From Fimicolochytrium jonesii (taxonomy: Eukaryota): a stretch of DNA of 64,000 bases. Shown in pieces: positions 35,203-50,144 of this stretch (positions within the stretch are counted from its first letter, which is position 1; every line of letters starts with the position of its first letter). The stretch spans positions 124,001 through 188,000 of the forward strand of contig NW_026515698.1 in the NCBI RefSeq assembly GCF_025526975.1, written 5' to 3'. The position numbers were made by a program, and so were the translations under genes. The notes under the pieces were generated by a model. The model was not told the origin of the DNA. It did not search any database and saw nothing but the letters and a program-made list of their open reading frames with translations.

Positions 35203-36721
35203 TTAGAAGCAGTACCTGTACGTTACGTACCTGTGAGGAAAGGGAAGCAGGGCTCGATCAGAAAAATGGGTCCAGAAGGTTTGACGTTTGTTTCCTTTCT
35301 GCGTTGCTGCACGGTCCTCCATCGTCCTCGTTTTCTCTCCTGTCGTCCCCTATGTCCCACCGCAGCTCCACAAGTGTTCATCTCATGTATCGGACTCGGC
35401 TCCGCGTCTACGATGACGGTCCTCGCCCGCCTTCACACCTGCCACCACCACAATTAACAGATCCACGTTTCCGACCGCCAGCCATCCGCCAATAGCGCCC
35501 TTCCACCAGGTCCCTTCCTACACTTTGTGACGTGAATTTCCGCTCTGCCTCGAACCCCCAGGACTCGGGCAGCTGCTATGGGAATACTCACTTTCCCGCT
35601 GTTTCACTCGGCCGAATAATCTTAACCACCTGTCCGCGCTTCATCCCGTAGTATTTTGCAATCGGGTCGCTGTGATGGATTCGTGGCAGCTGCGATTCGC
35701 GAAGACGACTGGAAGAGAAGTGTTGGTACGACGACCATTTCCTGTACTTTGCGGAAAGCGGAAGTAAACGGAAACACTCACTATCGCTCTAGCAGATTTT
35801 TCTTTTCTTCGTCCTTCAGCACTTCGTGGTCAGGCACCAGGATGTGTTTGGTGATGTTCACGAGCAGCTCGCCCTCGGTAAACAACTCTATTGTGTATTT
35901 CGGGGCCATCTCCGTTACGACCTATGAGAAAATGGTCGCGCCGTAAGAAAAAGGAGCTGGGAGACACACACAAACCACGTGAACAACGCACCTTCTTAGC
36001 TGACGGTGTCATATTCTTTTGATATACGACAATGGCTTTGAAAATGCTGTTTGTGACCATTCGCTCAGCAATTCTGCAGAACAACATTTTCGGTCAGTAG
36101 TCCATTCCCATCATCGCAGGCGTCTTTGAGCGCACAATGCATCTCCGAAGCGTTACTTTTTGATCGGTTTGATGCCGACGTTCTCGTCTTCGGTGAAAAA
36201 GACCAGCAGCGATTCCATCGGGTTGTCTTTCAGAGACGCTACGTAGGTCATCCCTATTTTACTGAGAAGCATATTCGAGTGAGCTCTAAATTGTGCCTTT
36301 GCGGTTTCCCCTCCATTTTCGGCCGCCATCTCCTCGATCTGCTCAATGAAGTACTTGCGCTGTACGTACTCTATGTTGCCACCCCTGCCGTAAGTCGCCT
36401 TCCAATCCTCGAGCGAAATGTTGATCTCGTCATCGGATACCGCATAGCCCTGGGGGGTGTCGGAGGAGATAGGAAGTACTGCAGTCAGCATGTGATGTGC
36501 CTACAAGGCGAGACAATCCCATCGAACGAAATGGGGGTGTGGGCGGCTCGCATAGGGATTTGCAAAGGGGAGCGTTTTTTCGCCAGGAGCTCTTTCCCAC
36601 GACGACGAGTACGACCACAAGTAGCTGAGAAACTCGGCAATGAACATACCCTATCCCGAACGAGTTCGCGCACAGTCTTGCAGACCCGCCATAACCTTGC
36701 AGCGTCTCTATCGTAGTCCAT
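35203..36721 (-). CDS. RPB5: RNA polymerases I/II/III shared subunit RPABC1
   Basis: [28 protein letters not shown]...; '[15 protein letters not shown]'; '[42 protein letters not shown]'. Confidence 0.96.
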
Positions 36722-37177
36722 TGTGTACGAGGACGATTCTTCAGCGTGAAGCAGATGTTCTGAAGCTCCCTTGGTCGTTGGCAGCAGCTTTGCAAGTGGG
36801 GGCTTTGTATTCTAGCTGGTCACGTGAGTGATTTATTTAGTGAGTAATCGTTTACGTAATGATCGGAGTCGGATTTCTCGCCATCCAAGTCGAATCTCGA
36901 GGACGTGTGGGAATTGCCGATTTATGCGCTCGTTTCTTTGCCGTTCGCTCAAAAAAGACCAGCCCGCAATGCCTTTCAATACGAGTAGATTCCTCAGCGA
37001 TATCTCGCAAATCGTCTGTCGGTGGGTGGCATGGGGTTGATTTAAGAGGACACCAAAACAACCATTCTTAATCATCCACCATTATCCAGCCTCACTCGCT
37101 ATGCCTCCGATGTCAGCACCGCAGAGTCCCTCTCGCCCCCAGTCTTCACTCCACTCGACGGCCTGTATAAAGCCGCC

Positions 37178-38314
37178 GTGTCTGCTCTCAGCGAACCGAC
37201 CACCACCACTCCGTCAAAGGCAGCATCGAGACATCAGAACCAAGATCACGGTCATGCGTATCAAAGCTACCCCGGCCTGCCATCTGTAGAGTTTTCGAAT
37301 GTGCGGAATATGTTGATCGCGGACAGCGAGGTGCTCACCGCCGTCCTGCGTACCGTTTTAATGGAGCAGAGCGGCGGTGGCGGGGCGGGGTCCGAGACAG
37401 AGACGTCCAAAGACGCGAGTGAAGTCCCGCAAACCGAGGACGAGAAGAAGCAGGACGAAGCAACGCAGCAGCAGCAAGACAACGTCGAAGGCGCAGCCGC
37501 AGCAGCCGAGACCGTGGAGTCCGTAGTCGACGCCGACGCCGACGCAGAACCCCTCACCGAATCCCCCCTCCACACAACCGTGCACCTCCTCCGCGGGATG
37601 GAAGCCGCCGCCTTGATGGCCGCGATGCTCCTCCCGGGCGTGCACGTCCGCGAGCGTGTGCTCGTCTCCGTCGCCGAGCTCGCTGCCGTTGTTCATCACG
37701 TCTTGCACCTCCTGCTACAACCCGACAACGATGACGCGACATCTGAACGGAACCGTCAGGGTGGGCGGGCTCAGGTGGCGGCGTACGGCGGCTCGATGCT
37801 TATTCGCGCCATGAACACGTTCCTGGACACGCTTGTCCTGCTTGAGCAGAGTTATGTGGCTGCGATGGAGGGAGACGGGGAAGGGGACGCGACCATGTTT
37901 GATATCGAGAGGTTTCGCGATGGGGTGTTGAAGGCTGTTGCCGATGGGGGTGCGCAGATTCCGCTTACAGCGGCAACTACGACTCTCCCGTCGGCCAACG
38001 CTCGCAAGGGGGCAGCGGCAGGGAAACATGGCAGGCAAGGCGTCGGATACGCAACACGGTGGGGACAGCGTCAGCCGCAACGATACGGGGTAGGTCAAAG
38101 GATGGGAAGCGTTGGTGCGGGCCAACGACGCTCGTTCAGCACGCCGGTCGCGGGCGTGTGGGATATGCCCCTTGCAAAGGGATACCACCCCAGCTGGCCG
38201 GTGGGCGAGGCAGGGGGAGGAGGGACATATGCGTCGCGGGCGGATGTGCATTGGGATGTAAGTAGTCAAATGCCTGTCCTCAAGCATCTATCAGCCAAAC
38301 TCTTTGGTCGCTAA
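37178..38314 (+). CDS. Hypothetical protein (about 378 aa; start uncertain)
   Basis: Long ORF with helical and acidic segments, divergent from RPB5. No family recognised. Confidence 0.6.
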   Translation: MSALSEPTTTTPSKAASRHQNQDHGHAYQSYPGLPSVEFSNVRNMLIADSEVLTAVLRTVLMEQSGGGGAGSETETSKDASEVPQTEDEKKQDEATQQQQDNVEGAAAAAETVESVVDADADAEPLTESPLHTTVHLLRGMEAAALMAAMLLPGVHVRERVLVSVAELAAVVHHVLHLLLQPDNDDATSERNRQGGRAQVAAYGGSMLIRAMNTFLDTLVLLEQSYVAAMEGDGEGDATMFDIERFRDGVLKAVADGGAQIPLTAATTTLPSANARKGAAAGKHGRQGVGYATRWGQRQPQRYGVGQRMGSVGAGQRRSFSTPVAGVWDMPLAKGYHPSWPVGEAGGGGTYASRADVHWDVSSQMPVLKHLSAKLFGR

Positions 38315-38334
38315 CCCACGCCGGAAATGAGCAG

Positions 38335-39427
38335 ATGCCTCCGTTCACCTCACCAGCAGTACCAGACCCCAACATAACTTCTCAGACGGACGGCATTCAA
38401 GGACCACCACCACCGGCACCCTACACCGCCCTCCTCCAACACCTCACGGCCCTCGAAGCCACTCAGCTCGCCATTCTGCGCCGCGCGGGCGTCCCTCCCT
38501 CCACCACCGCCGACGCACAACCGCAGCTCCCACCAGCATCCCCCACGAGTCCGTACGGCCACGTTCAATTCGCAGACACGGTCGGCGGCCTCGCCACTGC
38601 CCTCCCATACCCAACCCAACCCTCCCCCACCCAACAACAACCCGACACCCCGCACCAACCGGCCCGCCGCAAATCCTCCCTCCTCTCCCTCCTACGCCCC
38701 CGTTCCACCCCGCACCCCTCGGGCCCGCGTCCCCTGCCCGTGCCCCTCCGGCCCGCACCGATCCCCACCCGCACGCCAACCCCACCCACCGCCCTCGCCC
38801 TCGCCTTGCTCAAGAAGGAATGGGAACCCACCCTCTCGATCCGCACGGGCGCGGCCTCGACCGCGCCTCGCAAGCCCGCGCAGACGGGGTGGAAGCTGTG
38901 TGTGGTGAAATGCGTGGTCGATGCCGTGATTGTGTTTCCGCCGCCGGGGGGTGTGGGCGTCGCGGATGTGGGCGTCGGGAGCGGGGTGGATGATCCCGAG
39001 GTAACTGTCACCACATCCCCATTCTATCTGATCCCCTACTCTCACTTGAGTTCCGATGCTGATCTCCCCCCCACCCCCCACCCCCCCCCCCGCCCACCAG
39101 TTAACAAACACCCCAGCCCTCGAGCACCACAACCTCCGCAACGTGGTCCTCTCCCTGATCCCCTCGCCGGGGTCCTCGCCGTACCCGTGCACGCTCCGGC
39201 TGCACCTCATGAACGGCATCGCGGTGCTGATCGACCTCCGCAGCCCGGCGACCGCGCAGCGGTGGGCGGAGGCGATACTGGCGACGGCGACGGGGGCGGA
39301 GATGTTGGGACGCACGGCGGGGAGACGGGGGAGGGGCGCCGGTTATGGCGGGTTGTATCCGGCGGTTAGTGCCGTGGAGTTGGGTGCGTGGGCGGGGTAT
39401 CCGAGTTCGTCGAGTTTTCGGATATGA
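38335..39427 (+). CDS. Pro-rich protein with a putative PH-like domain
   Basis: Intron 39001-39100 joins 'WKLCVVKCVVDAVIVF' to 'HHNLRNVVLSL...CTLRLHLMNGIAVLIDLRSPATAQRWAEAIL', the latter resembling a PH C-terminal helix with Trp. Confidence 0.55.
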
Positions 39428-40163
39428 AGAGGAGGGCCAGTTGAGATTGAGGGGAGCGGGGTTGAGGACTGATGGACAACCGTGTGGCCTCTTGGTTTCC
39501 CACTCTTCTGTTCACGCAGATGTGCTTGGTGCCCTTCATAGGCTTGCATTCGTTGATCCATATGCATACCATCGCGAATAAACGATTCAGTGCGCATAAA
39601 GGAGTGCGGTAGCTAGACGATGTGTCATTTGCGAGATGTGCCGATGCCAGAGAAATCGTAGAGCTGTTGCTTTTTCTCTATCTATTGTGGGGTAGGACTT
39701 GAGGAACTATCTTGAGGCATCTTTCCACTCTGTCACCCATCTCGTCACCAAGGTTGGCTGGCCATTCCTGACACCAATAACGGCGAATCGCTGTAAGTGT
39801 TCACCGCCGACTATTATTAGTCCTAATTATGATGACGCTGGATCTTTAACCAGACAGGTGAAAAAAAAGACTGTGAAGGGATTGGTATACAGGAACGTGC
39901 GGGAATAGTGACAGTACGCCTCATGGGAATAGGAAGCCGGTTCCTACATATCTATGGACTGTGTCCCCGCTTGTGCCGATGTGGTGTAATGGCGGAAGGA
40001 ATGCTACCGCGTGGAGTGTTCCAGAGAGTGATCGTGACGAATGTATCGGATGAGTGTTGAGGTTATTGCGGGTTTCCCACTTTCCACTTCAAATCGCTCC
40101 AACAACCGCCAACTCTGGAGAGCGTATTCCCAAGGCCACGCCGAAGGCGTGATGAATTCGCCT

Positions 40164-40781
40164 CTACTCAATATGCCTCAGATACCCCGCCGTGATAAAC
40201 GGCTCCACATCCGTCCTCCTCAAATAATGCTGACTATTGTTCACCAGCCTCACCGCCCCATTCTCGGTCTGCACCTCCCCACAATCCTTCAGGACTCTCA
40301 CTTCCACAAACAGATCCCGGGGTGGGACCAGCGCGGCGCCCATGTCCACGTCCAAAAACCCGGAGCGGTAACTGCTCACCAGGGCCGTGTAGCCGTTCAC
40401 AAACTCCATTTCCGCGGGGCTCAGATTCCGTCTTAAATCAGCGGGCATGGCCGCAGCGCTGCTAGCCGCGGCCCCACCCAGATCCCACAACGTCTCCGTA
40501 ATCCGATCCAACCGATGTCGTGTATACGCCAGCAAGCATCGTTTCGAGCGGCGGAGACTTAGGTGGTGCATTGTTGCGGCGACGGTGAGGCCTTGGGCGT
40601 GTTGCGGGGTTGGGGCGGATTCGCGCGCGGACATGATATCGCGGAGGTGGGAGGCGAGTTGGCGCATTTCGAGCTGGACGTTGCGGATTAGGTCGTCGCG
40701 GTAGGGGGCGAGGGTGGGGGAGTCGGAGGTGCGTTTGGCGTCGCGGACGAGTTTGAGGGCGTCGTCGGCGTACATGGACAT
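40164..40781 (-). CDS. PSF1: GINS complex subunit Psf1
   Basis: MSMYADDALKLVRDAKR...LAPYRDDLIR...HHLSLRRSKRCLLAYTRHRLDRI...LVPPRDLFVEVRVLKDCGEVQTENG...HYLRRTDVEPFITAGYL; intronless. Confidence 0.95.
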   Translation of the reverse strand: MSMYADDALKLVRDAKRTSDSPTLAPYRDDLIRNVQLEMRQLASHLRDIMSARESAPTPQHAQGLTVAATMHHLSLRRSKRCLLAYTRHRLDRITETLWDLGGAAASSAAAMPADLRRNLSPAEMEFVNGYTALVSSYRSGFLDVDMGAALVPPRDLFVEVRVLKDCGEVQTENGAVRLVNNSQHYLRRTDVEPFITAGYLRHIE

Positions 40782-41615
40782 TCTGGGGGGATGTCTGGGG
40801 GGGTGAAGGGTGGGAGTGGGTGGTGGAGGGAAGTCGCTGCTGGACTGCGAAAGGCACAGAGCCGAGAACTGTATCGGATTCTTTGCTTGGTCGGCTACTT
40901 TGAGACGTAAAGAGCCTGAGTAAGCTGGATGGGACTTCTGCGCTCGTATAAGACCCAGGTTCTTGAGTGTGAGACCTGTATAATACGAACAGTGAGTCCA
41001 GTATTCGTTCGGCAAAGCCCAGCCACAGACTAAGCAACTCCCAAGATGGCGGTGATCTACAATCTTCACCCGCCATGAGAACACATATCCCTCGCGCCCA
41101 CCTCCTCCTGCTCGAGCGTCTCCTCGCCCTGCCTCTCCCTCCATATCGTTTTAAGCCCATCTGCGGTATCGTTCGGGCGAACTCCGCTCGTCTCCCATCC
41201 AACCCACGTACCTCTGAATGAGGAAAGCTGAGGTTTTTGACCCGGTAGTGAGGTGATAGCGTTGCTGAGTAGAAGGCGATAGACTCTCTTTCTCTGTGCA
41301 GACTCTCTTTCTCTGTGTCTCCTGGGTTGCTTCTTGTGTTGGGGTACCTAGTACGATTGTTCTGTGTGGAGTCTGGAGTTTGCAAGTCCCACTGCTTCCC
41401 CCCCGCGTTGGCTTCTTGGACGTCCGAACAGGGAGGGCCTTGCTCTCCTTTCTCGGGCATTGGACTCGCAACCACCCGTGCGCATTAGGACAGACGGCTA
41501 CAGGCAGCACATACAGAGGACAACGGAAGGCTCAACAGGCTCACTCATACCCAACACCCAATACCCCCTCACTCGCACAGTCTGCGTCTCCTCCTTTTTT
41601 TCTGACACAGCAACA

Positions 41616-45317
<3,702 letters not shown>

Positions 45318-46026
45318 GGCTTGGGTTGATGGGTTCGGGTGGGTGGATGGGTGGCTGCAAACAAACGATTGTGGGGTTTCTCTTGTTGCTGGGGAAGACG
45401 GTTGATGAGTTCCTTGGTTGTGAATATTTTGAAGGACTGGCAGGATGTTGTGCGAACGCAGGGATGTTCGTAGATGCTAGAGAGCGTAGAGTTCTGACGT
45501 GGAGCGTTCTGCGGCTCCTTCTTGCGCCACAAGGAGGCACACAGGCGGTAGTAGGAACTTGCACGCTTGCACGCTACACACTCCATATATGTACATGAAT
45601 ACACCCTGCTGTCTGTATCCTCATGGCGGTGCTATGTATGGATGTTGAGGAGCGCTCATGGTCTTGCCCCAGGGTGAATCCCTCCCTCCCTTTGTCAAAA
45701 GTCCACCCACAAGTTGGCCATCCCGCCAGAATTTTGCCAGTACAGAGTGCATGAATAGTACTGTAGCAATAGCAAAGCATGGGCCGCCGTACTGCATGAT
45801 ACTCTGCATGATACTGGTGTAGCTGCCAGAGTGCCAAGGGCTGCGTGTGTTTCGCCTTTGAAGGGCTCCCTTTTCCACACGCGCCAAGGAACCTCTTTGT
45901 CTCTCTGCTCTCTCTGCGTCACCAAAAGCTCAAAAAGCGCCCATTGCAACCCCGCGACATTCGTACGGGCATCTGGGGCATCGTACACCAGAACGAACCC
46001 TTACTCTCATTTACATACACTTCACT

Positions 46027-49000
46027 ATGGCGGGCGTATCAACGAACCTCCTCTACGTCGACTACAAAAAGTACGTCCCCTCCCACTCCCTCGCACCCCA
46101 TCCCTCCCATCTTGGGCATCACCCGTGGGAAAATACTTCACCACCCACTCCCCATACTCATCCACCACTCTCCATGACTTTCTCAGGGCAGACAGGCTCG
46201 CCTTTGCGCCACCCCTTAAGGAGTATATCGCTCAGTCGTATGCAGAGGACCCCGATGTCTATATCGACGACTTTAGGAACTTGGAGGGACTCAGGGGGGA
46301 TGTGGTCGCGCCTGATACCCATGTGGCGAGTTTGAATAAGTTGCTTAGGTAGGGGAGTTGTGAGGGAGGTGGGGTGCGGACTGCGTCGAGCGAAGCGAGC
46401 AGTAAAACATGTGAGCGACCAGCGAAGGATTCTGCCCTTCCAGGCGAGCGACGCGAGCCCCTGGCTCCAACCGGGAGCGACAGCGAACAGTCGTGCTTGC
46501 CCGACATCCATGTCGCGAGCGGAGCGAGCAGGGTTTCGTGTATCCCAGCGGCCAACAACCAACATCGCTTAATCACTCAACTATTGGCCCGATTTCTCAC
46601 GCGATTCTCATCGAATTCTAGGTACTACGGACAACTGATGCATCTGAGCTCCAAGTTTCCCATGGATGAGAACCATGTATGTTTTGCGGAGTGTCCTTGG
46701 ACAAAACACGTAGTTCACCGTACCCTTATCAGCTCTCATTCTCTTTGTAGATCAAAATATGTTTCTGCTGGTACAACGCGTTCGGCAAAGACAAGGATCG
46801 GAAATCGGTCTCGAGCTACAACGTCAAGTTTGAAATCGCATCCATCATCTTCGACATTGGCGCCATGTACAGCCAGCTCGCCGTTGCGGAGAACAGGGGC
46901 ACCGGGGACGGGCTGAAGCGCGCTTCTATATACTTCCAGGTAATGTGAGGAGTTGGGACGAGTAAACAACGTTCCGTTCGCTGATGGGAGTCATAGCAAG
47001 CGGCCGGCGCATTCAAGCACATTCAGGATTCCGCGCTAGAATGGGGTCTGCCGAGCGCAACGGATCTGCAAGCGCCTACCCTGACGGCGTTGACCAATCT
47101 GATGCTTGCGCAAGCGCAGGAATGTTTTTGGTACAAGGCGGTTGTCGGTGAGCATATGGAATCAGGTTTTCGGGCAGGTCTTGAATTTGGGCCCTATAAC
47201 TCATTCGCGAAACGTGGGAATCTCCTCTAGACAAGATGAAAGATGCGGTAATCGCCCGGCTGGCTGCACAAGCCGCAGAGTATTACGACGTTGCTCATCA
47301 GAGCGCTGTAGGCGCCTCGGGAACATTCACAGACGTAAGCAACTATACCCCAGTATTCCGACGCATCTCCTTGACCCACGCACTATTTCCGTACAGGCAT
47401 GGGCCGGCCAGATGCAAATCAAAGCCAACCATTTCCGAGCCGCGGCGCAGTACCGCAAAGCCCTGGACTGCCAAGGCACCGCAAAGTACGGCGAGGGCGT
47501 GGCTCGGTTGCAGTATGCGCTGGGGTTCATTAAGAAGGCGATGGAGGGGTCGTCGTTCAAGAAGGCGACGCAGTATGTCCAGGCGGATTTGAAGGTGGGT
47601 ATACAGGCTTTGGAGCATGATGGGGCGTGATGTTGATTTCAAGGTCATTGCCTTCCCGTCTAGAATCTGCAACAAACATTACAAGCGGCGTTGGCCAGTG
47701 CGGAAAAGGACAATGATACCGTCTGTAAGTAAAAGACAAGGATCCCCATCGGTTTTTTTCCTGCTATCCCATTTTCCTCCCCCGCTCACCCGTCACCTGC
47801 ACCTCAGACATGGAACCCGTAACACGCACAGAAGCCCTCCAACCCATCGGCGCCGCGAACATGGTCACCCCACACTCCTTCCCCGCCCCCTCCCAAATCA
47901 CCGACATTGTCGGCCCACCCCTCTTTGCGAAACTCGTCCCCTTCTCCGTCCACCAATCCGTCTCCGTCTACACCCACAAAAAAGAAGCGCTCGTAAACTC
48001 GCTAGTGACAAAATTGACCGAAGCGACCGCGGTGGCGCAGAGTACCCTAGCAAGCATGAACCTGCCTGCTGCGATTGAGGCCCTGGAACAGCCGATTGGA
48101 CTGCCGAAGACGGTGATTGAGCATTCGGAGGAGGTCCGACAGCAGGGCGGCGCGCAGTCGTTGCATGATACGTGGGCGACGATCACGGCGTTGGCGGAGA
48201 AGGATAATGGAATCCTCGTCGAGGTTCGTCCTAGAACTATCACCACATCCCCCCTTTGGAATGATCCCCCCCCCCCCCCCCGCAACTGAACGAATTTCCC
48301 CCCCGCAGGCAATCCGAACTCTCGACGAAGAATCAGCAGAAGACGAAAACATGCGCGCCCAGTTCGGACCGCGCTGGACGGGTCCGCGGTCGGCGGAGCT
48401 GACTCCTAATCTACGTGAGAGCGCGAAGGTGTATCGCCAGAAACTGGATACGGCAAAGAAGAGTGATCTGCTGATTAAGGCGAAGTTGGAGAAGAATTTG
48501 CATTTTATTGAGAGCTTGGGGTTGACCAAGGTAATGGAGAAGGGAGCCGAGGGGAGTTGCGATTGGTCGGGTCGGCTTCATGGGCATCGCGTCAACGTAT
48601 CACGTTACTCACCCCTCACCATGCAATCTCTTTCCTTTCCCGTATGGATGTAGCCGGAACTTGAAGCCTCCATCCCCTCCAGCACACAATCCTCCACCCT
48701 GGTCACCCGGGACCCCAACGTCAAACAGCTCAAACAGCTCCTCGACCAGCTCAACAAGAACATCAAGCGGCGGGCACCTCTGGTCGCCGAGATCAAAACG
48801 GCGGCTGCGGCGGATGATATTGCGCCCAAGCTGGTCGATGCGGCGAATCGCAAGGAGGGTGCGGGGGATGACGAGGGGTTGTTTGCGGAGCAGTTGGGGA
48901 GGTACGAGGCTTTCGAGGGGACGGTGAGGGAATTGGTGGAGGAGCAGGAGTTGGTTTTGCATGAGATTCGGGTAAGTTTTGTACACTAGTTCCGGGTTTT

Positions 49001-49806
49001 CATGAACTTATACATCCCCCTCCCATTGTTCGTCATGCATTTCCACTCACAAATCAAATCGCCTTCAATCACCCCTCCCCATCACCAACAGGAAACAAAC
49101 GACCTCTTCCACGCCTCTCACCAAACAACCACCCTCATCCGCGAACGCGAACAAGCCCTCCAAAACCTCGACAACGCCTACAAAGCCTTCCGGGAAATTT
49201 CCCAAAACATGGCCGAGGGGCTGAAATTCTATACGGATTTCCAAAGTGTGTTGTTGAGGTTCCAGAGCAATTGCAGGGATTTTGCGAGTGCGAGGAGTGT
49301 GGATAAACGGGATCAGGTGGGGGGGTTGATGAGGACTGCGGCGGGGATTGGGGGTGGGGGTTCAGCGACAGGGGGGCCGGCGTTGCCACCGAGGCATGCA
49401 GGGCAGGGACAGCAGGGCGGCGGGTACTACCAACAGCAACAGCCCCCGCAGGGGCAGGGGCAGGGTCAAGAGGGGTATGCACAACCTGGTATGTCGAACA
49501 TAGAGATGGACCGTGGCCAAACTTCTGCACCCCCCGACTAACCATTTGTGTGTGTCTCGGTTAGGCGTCTGGACACCCAACCAAGCCCCATCCTACTCGT
49601 CCACTCCATACGGTCAACAACCACCACCACCACACCAACAACCTCCCCAGCAATACCAACACCAAAATCAACCACAACAACAACAACAGCCCAACCCCTT
49701 CTCCCCAAACGTCGCGTACAGCTCGCAGCCGTTGACGTCTATGCCCCCGCCTATGAATGCTCAGGGGCAAAGTGGGAGTGGCGGGTATCGGCCTTATGGG
49801 GCGTGA
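46027..49806 (+). CDS. BRO1-domain + V-domain + Pro/Gln-rich tail protein (PalA/Rim20/ALIX type)
   Basis: 'YYGQLMHLSSKFP', 'FCWYNAF', 'FEIASIIFDIGAMYSQLA', 'LMLAQAQECFWYKAV', 'KYGEGVARLQ', 'MNLPAAIEALE' and 'EGLKFY'; about 11 introns. Confidence 0.92.
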
Positions 49807-50144
49807 GGGTGTGGTGATGTAGGGGACAAGGAGGGGACTCGGACGATAGCTCAGGATTGGGTGGGGTTTGGACGGTCGGAGATGTATACTATATTTTGTT
49901 TCCATGTTTCCTAAGGCAGGAACATTCACTGTGCGAGGTAGATGGAATAAATTTCAGCAGCGATTCCGGACGTCCGATTTGTAAGTCAAAGCGGCAATAT
50001 CACATTTGGGTTCTTGGAGGAATGTACTGTACGTCTAGAATCGACAATTCAAAAAACTGGCAAAACCGCTCATCCCCGAGAACTTGGGTGTAAATGTACA
50101 AAAAAAAAAAGGAGATCAATGCCCCCTCTCACAACCGCCCCATC

